DNA of 64,000 nt from Camelus dromedarius (taxonomy: Eukaryota), in contig NC_087437.1 of assembly GCF_036321535.1 (NCBI RefSeq), forward strand, positions 75,394,001 through 75,458,000, written 5' to 3'. The notes below the pieces were generated by a model. The model did not search any database and was not told the origin of the DNA. It worked only from the letters and a program-made list of their open reading frames with translations. This document shows, piece after piece, positions 50,201 through 61,174 of this stretch (its first letter is position 1; the number at the start of each line of letters is the position of its first letter). The position numbers and the translations under genes were made by a program.

Positions 50201-53200
50201 GAGAGGAAGGGATCTTAAGGAAACTGAAGAGAAGGCCAGGAGGAAATCCTAGCAAAGCATAAGATTTTGAGCATCAAGGATAAGGATAAGTAAGGAATCA
50301 AGGTGAATTATAGAACTCAAGGGAAATATTGCCCGAGGGCAAGATGAGATTCAAGGTCCTGTTCCACATAATCCTGGGAAAATGCCACAGAAACTGAAGG
50401 AGGCCTGTGAGGCAGGACTAGGGGAGCTCAAGAGACCATAAGAGCAGGAGAGAGATTGAGAGGCAAAAGCATAACCTTGGTTGAGCTGAAAAGTGGGGAA
50501 GTCATTCACTCATCCTCTGCTGCCCAGCTCGCTCTCCTTTTGGTGAGGACCGATCCTGCGTGAGTCGGGCTGGAAACCTGTTGGTGGTAAAGAATGAGCA
50601 GCTGGCATGGGAGTCATAGGTTTCACTTGTTCAAGAGATGTTCAACAGAGCACTTCGTGTTGGCAAGACACTGTGCCTTCTATTCTAGACAGAGCTCTCC
50701 AAGCTTCTATGGATTGATGGGGCTGTTTTATTTCCTTACAAATGTTATAATTAGCAGAGCAAGAGGGAGGGAGGTGGCAATGCACTCATTGAAGGAAAGA
50801 AGGGAGGAGCTCTGATGCCCAGCTTTGGCCCTCTCCATCCCCAACGCAGGAAAGCAAGATTGACATCCGTGGCCAGCTTGAAGGCCACCTGGCAGCTGGA
50901 ACTGCCATCTAAGTCAAGCAAGACCCGAGACTGGGTTGAAAGCAAGTTGGGCAGGTGCATCCTGAATCTTCCAGGGCCACTGATTATATCCCTCTCCCAA
51001 CTCAGGTATTCAAGGAAATTCCATAATGTGTGGGGTCTTCTCACCAGCCTAGAGCCAGGACGTCCCTGTGTCCTGCTCTCCCCAGACATATGCAGGGAGG
51101 TGCTGTGGAAGGAGCTCTGGGGATTAAGGCACTGACATTCCTTACTCTGTCGGGATGCCCTTGTTTGCTGTGGTTTGATCATCTATAGAAGACCTAGGCA
51201 AACTTTTTCTTTGTGGGGTCAGATAGTATTTTTGGCTTTGCAGGCCACCGAGTCTCTGTTGCAGCTACTCAAATCTGCAATTATAGCTTGAATGCATATA
51301 CAATAGGAAATCAACTGGGCATGGCTGGATTTGGCCCATAGCCCACAGTTTGCCCCCCGCCAGCCTGTGGCCTCAGCCATCTGGTAATTTTCCATCATCT
51401 TATCCTTCCATAGGGTTCCCTTCTCTGAACTCAGTCATAGTGGTCTTTGTCACATGGTCTCCATTTATATGCAGTATCCAACTTAATTTCCTTTATTGTC
51501 TGAGTCTCTGCCAGAAGAATGTGTTGAAATCTCTTCTCATTTCTAAGTGAAATATTTTACCGAAGTAGGATCTCAAACCCAGACATGGTATTTCATTAGC
51601 AAAATGCTTGTTAATCAGTTTGAAGCTGAGTCATGTGCACTGGGATTAAGGAAAAGCTTTCGTTCCTCTGATAGAGATGAGCAACATTGCAGGAGGAAAA
51701 AAAGAACCTATTGAATTGACTGTCAGTTTAAAATCCTTAGCTTTTTCAAGTTTTCAGTTTTTATTCTGGTTTTGTTTTTATTTGCATTTGGTTTCTTTCC
51801 TCAAATTATAGTTCACATTTCGGGGGGAAAAAAAGGAACTTCTTATGATATCGCCTCAAACCTGAGTGCTTCATTTTTCGTAAAAAAAATGTACTTGGGG
51901 GGTTTTCATTTTAAAGATTTCTTGACTCTGCCTGAAATGTGTTGTTTTGCGGCCATTCTCTAGGCCTGCATCATGCAGAAGCCTCTTAAACCACAGCACT
52001 TTCTACTTGTCTGTAGGCTCTCGTGAAGTTTCATAAACAACTGTGGAAACAGTACAATTCAAAACCTTCATTTTATGTGCTTAAGTAGAAGATGCCGCTG
52101 TACAGAGGATTTTGACATCAGCCTCGGGATGCTTTGGTGTTCCTGACCAAGGAGAGTCGGCTGGGGCAAAAGTGAGAGTTTGCTCAGTGCAAGACAGAGC
52201 AGTGTCCTGAAGCTGTCAGGGAGTCTGAGGGTGCACCCCTGCGGTAGTAATGGGCCAGGGCTGCTGTAACAGAGTACACAGATGGGGTGTTTTAAACAAC
52301 AAAAATTTGTTTTCTCACATTTTTAAAGGCTGGAGGTTCAAGATCAAGATGTCGGCAAGTTTGGGCCTGAGACCTCTCTCTGGCTTGCATGTGGCCACCT
52401 CGCTATATCCTCACATTTCCTTTTCTCCATGCACACCTCTCCCTGTGTCTCTTTGTGTGTCTACATTTCTTCTTAAAAGGAGATCAGGCAGATTGGATTA
52501 GGTCCCATCCTAAGGGCCTCATTTAACTTAATCACCTCTTTAAAGGCCCTATCTCCAAATATACTCACATTCTGAGGGACTTCCAAGGGGGTTAAGGACT
52601 TCAACATAGGCATTGTGTTGGGAGGGGGAGAGGGACACAATTCAGCCGTAAGAATCTCTGGTGACTTGATATACTGGCATCCCTGTAGGATTCTGACCGG
52701 GAGCTGAACAAAAGCCAGGATCTAAGGAGAGGCATAAGAGACTGACCTCAACATGTGGGGGCAGGGGACATGGGGTTGGCAAAGGAGACCTGCTAACTCT
52801 GGGCTCTGGAACCAGAAGGAGTGATTTCTTATCCATGTCCACTTCCACACCTACTTCTGAGGCCTCCCCTGGCCAGTGGGGAGAAGGGTGGTCATGAAAC
52901 TGACAACTCCAACCTGCCACCCAGTCAGAAACTCTGACCACGCTGTGACTCCTCCGGGGCTGTACCTCCCTGACTGGTCTCAGAGCTCAGGACACGGGCT
53001 CCAGTCAACCCAGTGTGGAACCTAATTCTAACCCAGGATGAATACGTGTCTGCTGTTTGCACTGATGGGCTCCATGAGGACGGAGAACAGAAAGGCTGTT
53101 CCCTCCTCCGTCTTGTCTTACCTGCCCGGCACTAGGCCCTGTTTCATTGGTGAGTATAACAGGGCCTGTGTAAGTTGTCACAGTTACACCATCCTGACTC

Positions 53201-56200
53201 ACCACCACCAAATCTTGATGGATTCAAACTATCAAAGTTTATTTTTGCTTTGTGTCAGAATCCAGTGTGGGGTTAGGGTGGACAGCAGGCCACTATTCTG
53301 CAAAGTCATTTGAGAACACAGGTTCCTTCCATCTTGTGATGGAGTACATGGGTGGACTCCAGGCTTACCAAAGATGGGGAAAAGAACACAGGAACACACA
53401 AGTAAAACAGTTGTACATGTGAGGCTTAGAAACACTTCCACTCACAGTCCATTAGTCAGAATTCAGTCACTCATCCCAAACTCACTGCAAGAGGGCTGGG
53501 AAATAATTGCCATGGGTTCCCCACATTTTCCACTGTCTTCCTGAACCCACATTTATTGTGCAAGCTTCTGTTCCTTTGCAAAAATGGTTCAGCATAGAGC
53601 TTTGGTTCTTACAAAGGAGTGTTGAGGTAACTCAATATCACACAGCGGTTGGTTTTCTCAGCTTATCCTTGCTTGTACTCCCAAACTCCGGAAAAAGATA
53701 ACCATGCTCTTCTAGGGGAATTAACAAATTGTTTGAATATTATGTCTTTGTGAGAGAACATGCTCCCTTCATCCTTAGCCATTCTAGGAAATGCAGATGT
53801 TTGCCCTAGATTGGCTTTGGGGGGTCTTATCTAAGGTAACAGCTGCCCCACAGGACCTCAAAAAGATTCTGATGCTTTTCTTGATTCTTCTAGGAAGTTG
53901 ACCTGGGAATCTTAGTGCATGATGACAGACAAAATCTCACTAACCTAACCCTTCAACCTCCATGTTTTCCAAATGAAAACCCTTTAGACTCACTTTGTGA
54001 ATTACACAGTTTTTTCTTGATTTTAATTTTTTTTTGATTCTGAAACTGTTGTGTACACAGCAGGTAACCTTTCTTAATGTGGGTGCATGACTTTTCTCCC
54101 TGAATGTTATTCTAAAATTAGGAGGAAGCAGCAGTGTGCTATTGACTCCCTGCAGTCCAGTCTGGATTCTGAAGTGAGGAGCAGAGTCGAGGCTACCCGG
54201 ATGAAGAAGAGCATGGAGGGGGACCTCACTGAGCTGGAACTCCAGCTTAGCTGTGCCAACCGGCAGGTGTCAGACACAACCAAATCCCTGGGCCAGCTTC
54301 AGATCCAGATCAAGGTATTTTCAATCATCATACAGGGGTAAGAGAGGGCTGCCTTTGCTCATGGATGCAAACCAAGCACCAGGTTGTGTTGAGCAACACG
54401 AATGAGGACAGATCTAAGCCTTCAGGAGAGCAGGGATGGGCTTGCATTTAATTGATGGAGCTTGTTCAGAGCGGGCAGGCAGTTCCCACAGAACTCCCAG
54501 GGACCTGTGCCCTGGGCCTGTGCTTTCTTTCGCAGGACCTCCGGGTGCAGCTGGAGGACAGCACACAGCTGAACAGTGAGCTGAAGGAGCAGGTGGCTGT
54601 GGCCGAGCGGCGCAGCTCTCTTCTCCAGTCTGAACTCGAGGAGCTGAGGTCCCTGCAGGAACAGACAGAGCGCGGGCGCAGGCTGGCAGAGGACGAGCTC
54701 CTGGAAGCCACAGAAAAGATCAATCTTTTCCACACCCAGGTGGGGCCCGGAAACTCTATCCATCAGCTGCATTAGCTGGTAGGAGGTGTCAGTATGGACA
54801 CGGTGACCACACAGAGCCTGGGGTGTGGCCTTGGAGGTGTAGGAAGAGCCTTGGGCAGCTGTGTGCTGGTCACACCCTTCTTTCACCCCCAAATGCATCA
54901 GTTGCCTAGAGCTGCAGCAACCAAGTCCCACCAGCTGAGGGGCTTCAAACAACAGAAAGTTATTTTTCTCACAGTTCTGATGGCTAGAAGTCTGAAATTA
55001 AGGTGATGGCAGGGTCGTGCTCCCTCTGAATCTTGTAGAGAAATCCTTCCTGGCCTTTCCCCAGCTTCTAGTGGTTTGCTGGCAGTCTCTGGCATTCCTT
55101 AGCTTAGAGATGTGTCACTCCAACTCTCTGTCTTCCATTGGCATTTTCTCTCTGTGTCTTAACATCTTCCCTCTGAATCTGTCACTGCCCAAATTTCCAA
55201 GTTTGTATGAGGACATCAGTCACATCAGTCATATTGGATTAGGACCAACTCTAATGACATCTTTTGAACTTGATTATCTCTGTAAAGACCCTGTTTCCGA
55301 GGAAAGTCATATTCTGAGGATTGGGGGTTAGGTCTTCAACTTATGTTTTTTTGGGACCTGTAACACAAAGCCTCTGCCAGAAGAATAAACAGTCCGTGCA
55401 CTCACAGCCACCAGGATGCTAGGGAGAGAGGGAGGGGAACATTCCCTAGTGTTCCAGGACAACTTGCCTGCTTCTCCTGTTCCCTCTAAGCCGTGTGTTC
55501 CCCCAGCATCCCAAGATTCAAAAAAAAAACACAAAAAACAAAAAAACAAGTTCCTGCCTTGGAGCCAGGAGATTTCAAACAATTCTGAGTGACTGCTGAC
55601 AGATACGATGAGCTGTCAGGACTCTGGTTTCTCATGGAAGGTTATGTAAGTGACACAAAGCAAGAATTCTTAGACTCTATGCCATTCTCATAGAATCAGG
55701 AGAAACCATACTGGCTAGGACAAATGTGTATAGTAAACAGGTCATTCAACAAACATTTATAGGGCACCCATGGTAACCTGGACAAGTGTCATGGTATAGG
55801 TAGATACCATGAATCTATCATGGTATAGATATCTCTATCATCCTAAAAAAGTGAAAATCTAAGTAAACAAACAAATTACAGTGCACTCTTGGAAGTATAT
55901 TGATAAAGCAAGCACACCCCTGCAGAACGCCTTCCCTGACAATCCCAGACATAGGTAGATGCGCAGTATGCTTAATCTGAGTCGTGGAGGCCATGTAAGA
56001 AGTCAGCCAGGTACAGCAGAAAGTCAAGGGTAGAGGCATGGGGAGAAGAGGGAATTGATATACTTGCTAGAGCATGGGGCTGGGAGAGGGGTAGGAGAGC
56101 TCCGCAGATAAATGCTAAGGGAGGGGCAGGGAGAGCCAGGTCACCAGGAACCTTAAGTCTGAGACAGATGGAATCTGAATTCTATCATGGAGCTAATTGG

Positions 56201-59200
56201 GGGGGTGGGGTGGCATCTACTGAAGAATTTTGAGTACGTTGGGAGTGAAGTTATTAGATCCACATTTTAGGAAGTTTACTCTGCTGATTGTTGTGAAGGA
56301 TGGATTAAAACAACTAGGGGCAGATCTGCCATGCTCTGGGGTATTTAGAAATGTCTGTGGGATCATTTTGGTTGCCCAAGTGACAGGGAAGTGCCACTGA
56401 CATTTAGCGAGCAGGATCCAGAGATACTCCTGCTCCTGCAAGATACGGAATAATTCAACATCACAAAGAATTGCCCCACCCAGAATGCCAACTTGCGATC
56501 CCACTGAGAAACATGGATAAAGGAAGTATAAACCAAAGATGTACCAACTGGAAGGCATTGCATTTAGTTTGTGCTTACAGCTTGACTTGTGTCCATGTGC
56601 TTGACACAATCCTATTTGGATACCATATGGTATAAAACAAATAGGCTATAGATTATGCATAATTCCCAAGAGCAAAAGCAGACATAGAGAGGAGGAGATA
56701 GATTTGAAAACAAACAAGAAGAAATCAAAAAAACAAAAAACAAAAAACAAAAGACCCTGATCTCCAGAGCAGGGTTTCTGAAACTTTAGGTGTTTGAGAG
56801 AAAGAAACACAAAAATGCACATTCTCTGGTCTCACCCCAGACCCACTGAATTAGAATCTTCACAGTAGAACACAGAAATCAAACAAGGTCTTAGGTGATG
56901 CTGCTGATCCAGGGACTACTCTCGAACAGCTCTGGCATAGATGATATATTGCTCACAAGGGTTCCTCCCCTATCTAAGCCATGAGGGGATACCTTGCAAT
57001 TACTAGAACACTGTCAATCTTCTGATTGACATATAACAAGCATTTTATGGAACTTTTGCTGGTGACTAGGTTCTTTTCCTGTTGCAGAAAGAATTCAGAG
57101 ACAGGACATGGACGTTAAGAGAGTGAAAAGCAGGGATTTATTAAGGGATGGATAGTACGCTGTCAAGGGGAGAGTGGGCAGGCTGGTGAGCAGCTGCCCT
57201 GAGTTTCTTTGGCAAGTTGATTACATGGGGTATAAAAGTGAATGAACAGAATATTCACTGGGGAAGGAAGGGATTGGGGTTATATTCCCTGATTTTCATC
57301 CCAACTCCACCTTCCCAAAGGGAGGAGGGATTTTTGTCCTTATTTAGTCTGGATCGGAAGTGTCATGGCATCGGTGCATGATGGGTACTTCTAATCTGCA
57401 AGGCTAATTTTGTTGAAATGAGGGCATAATGAGCAAGAGGTTACATTCGGACACTGGAGATTCCTGCCTTTTCCCATCTTTCTTTGTCGGCCTCCAGGCC
57501 TCTCATCACCCCAAAATGTGTGACCACTTATCAGCCCAGAGGTTCCTCCTTTTATTTTTCTGCCCAGGGACCCCTGTTTACATGATGTGTGGTTTCCTGT
57601 ATTTGGCCTGTAATCTTCCTTTCTGCCCAATTCCTGCCGTTTGGCCTGTGTCCCCTTTTCTCTGCTCACATCTAGCTATCTGCCTGCTCTAACATCCCTT
57701 CTGCATTCCCAAATCTCTAGCCTAGAACAAACATATGAGGCCAAACTTATCCTTATCTGATAACATGCACCCTTTTTCAAACCTGAGCTGTGACAGTCTA
57801 GATTTCCCTTTTGCTCAATACCTCCTTGCCCCCTTGCTCCCCAAAAGAACCAATTAAAGAATCATTCAGCTTGAAAAGATTGTAACCCTCATCTCCCTAG
57901 CAGATTTTAAATCATTCTATATATAAACAAATCAACATTTATACTTGTATTTTCCTTTACAAGGAAAGAGTTTCTGTGGAGTTATGTGCAGGGAGCATCC
58001 TAACATATTCCAGGGAGATACCCTGACCCCCCATTCCACACCCATGGCAGCGGGAAAGCTAGGGGTGCACAGAGCCTGGCCCTCCATGAGGACAGAGGAT
58101 GGCAACCTTGACGGAGACGCTTCACACCATCGAGGAAGCCAGTAGAGCCTGTGAGGCTGGGATATCTCTATTCCTATTTCGAACTCTTAATCTTGCCACT
58201 GAGAGAGGCACTAGTTAGAGGAAAAGTGGAAAAAAACAGAGGAGAAATTAAAAATAGAAAGGCTGTGCCTTTTAAATACATTCTCTATGCTAAGACTTCA
58301 CACCCTCAGAAAAGCTGTGCCACAAACATGGACCAAAAAAGAGCTTTAGCCTCTCATGTCACAACCTCAGGAAGGAAAGAATTAGGGCAGCATCAGCCAC
58401 AGAACACAAAGCACCCTCCTCTAAGGGCTGGCGGATGAGGTGCCTCTGAGCTACTTTTCCCACCCCCTCACTGCAAATTGAGATAGAAAGGGAGGTAGAT
58501 AATGAAGAAGATTTTTTTCTCCCCAGGAGCAGCGTGCTGGAAACTGATTTTTAATTCCCAAGCCCCTGCTTTCCAGATGTCTGCTATTGACCCTGACTGT
58601 TGCTCTAGGATACTTGTTTCTTCCCCATCAAAGAACAAAAGGCAGAAAAACATATTTCTCTACAAGCCTAAAACTAGACACATGTTCAGGGCTTGTAGTT
58701 TGTCTGGACCCATTTCTCCTTTCTGATTCAGGCTGTCATCTTGTCAGTCTGGAACCTCGAATGGATGAAATCCCTTGCACTCAGGTCTGCCTTTGAAGGC
58801 AAAGGTGCTTTTCTAACGTGGTGTCCCAGGCTTAGAAGTCTTGCTTCATCGAATAGGGCTGACCAGAGAAGAACGCCCTGCCGGCCAGAGCCCCGCCCAT
58901 TGCAGGTCTTGGACCGACCAGCTTGCCTTGGCATCACTGATCTCAACTTGCCTAACAAGGATGCTGCTTTTCCTTAGAACACCAGTCTCCTCAGCCAGAA
59001 GAAGAAACTGGAGGTGGATGTTGCCAGGATGCAGAAGGAAGCTGAAGAGGCGGTGCAGGGTTGTCAAAACGCAGAAGAGAAGGCCAGGAAGGCAGCCACC
59101 GAGGTGGGTCCATTGACTGCCTGCTCCCTCCCGTCATCCAGAGCTGATGGGAGGAGTAGCCAAGGGGCAGGGGCAGAGCTGCAGCCAGAAAGGATTCCAC

Positions 59201-61142
59201 TGATGCTCCGCATAGCCAGGGGGTGGTTAGCTGACCCCTCTGCCTCTGTTCCTATTTTGAAAAATTAGGCCAATTAGCTCCTCCCTTCCAACCTATCCAG
59301 GCGATGAAAAGGAGCAGCTGAATTGCTATAAGCAAAATCTTTTGAAAGCAAGAGAATTTTTTAAAAAGTTAATCCACTTTCCAATTGTGAATCTATATAT
59401 CTAGTGTCTAGAAACACTTCTTCCTGTGTTTCCTTACAAATAGCTATTTTCCCAGGGTCTATAATAATTTTATGATGGTGATCTGCAAAGAACATTTATT
59501 TCCCTTTTTTTTTTCAACAACCCATACTGCTGCTTCGGTAACAGAATCAGGTTGGTGAAGAAAGGCTTCACGGCCCCAGTACCATCTTTATTTGCAAGTT
59601 TAAAATTGTTCGTAGCAGTGCTTTTCCTAAATGATGCTAAGCTCAGGGTTGGCTGGCTGTCTGCCTTGACTGCACCTTGGTGGGAACTGAAAAAGGACAC
59701 CCTCTGGTCACCCCCTGGGGGCAGTTGCAGACTTCTCTCAAAAGGCATGGCAAGCAGAAGGCAATTCTCAGAAAAAAAATAATTGCAGAAGGAGGGAGGT
59801 GGGAAGCCTGTGTGTGAAGGACCCAGCTTTGGTTGGGTCCTGGTGCTGACTGAGCAGAGCTTCTGGCTTGGTTTCAGCCTCCACTCACCCCATCCCCATC
59901 AAGTGACTTTGTATAGTCAGTCCCTCAGACCCACAACCATATGCAGCAGTCCTAACCTTGCTATATGATCGAAAGCTGATCCTCTTGCTAAAAAGTAGGG
60001 AAACAGCAGAGACAAGATACTCAATTAGATTTTACATTAGTCATTTTAAAATTCAAAGGAAGGGAAAAGCTTATGTTTTTGTTTGCCTGAGTGATTTAGC
60101 GCTTGGGGAACTAAACAAAACTTTGGCACCAAATCCTAGCTACCAGGTCACTGTAGAATCTAGAAGAATGGGAAAGCATGCAGGTCACTGGCCGTTTTGT
60201 AATCAAGGCAGACACTCTGCTCTCTGACAGAAAAAGAGGTGTGTGAAAGCCGGAAAGTGTTTGGCCAAGGAAAAATAATAGGCTTGACATTTATGAACAT
60301 CCCCATAGGTAGAAAGGAATAAAAAAAAGCTTCTACTCCTGCTTGGTAAATTTATGTTGTCACACATTAGGAAGACTCTATCAGCTCAACCTTGCCTTTA
60401 TAAGATTTTCTTGACAATGTTGAAAAATGAACTCACTACCTCTTTCCCCACTTTAATTCTCTAGTAGTTCAGCTCTGAGTTCCAACCCCACATAGCAGAA
60501 CCCAGAGTTGCCTCCATAATTTATTCTTTGCCCTCACCATCTGCACAGACGTCTCACACTTACATTATACAGATGGTTGGTAACCTGACAGACAGAGAAA
60601 CTTTGGCTGGGAGGGCAGTGTTCTTACATTATAGGTACTGAGAGATTCGTGAAACAGTTCTTAATAATTGCATCAAGACACCAAGCCCTTGTATACACAA
60701 CCAAAGCCAAGAGCAGGCTTCACAAGAATTAACCTTCCTTGTGCCAGATTATTGGCACCGAGAGCATCTGTTGCTGCCAAATTCCTAGAGCCTAAACTTG
60801 TTTGCAGTTGTAAATCACAGAATTGTAGAAGTGAGACGTGAAAAACATTCTCATCAGCACTCCACACTTTTCCTGGTGTGTGATGCTACAGGACGTGTCC
60901 TGGTGCTTTACTCAGTTAAAAACGGTGGCTTCAGTTGGTCATCTTTCTTTCCATACAGGTGTTGTGTAATGATGTTCATATGGTACGTCATCTTTGGTCT
61001 GTTTCCACCACCCTTTACCCTAATTTCTTCAGTAGCTACTGCTGTCTTTTTTTCTAATGGAAGTATAGTTGGTTTAAAATGTTATGTTAGTTCTGGTGTA
61101 TAGCATAGTGATTCAGTTATACATACATACATACACATATAC

Positions 61143-61174
<32 letters not shown>

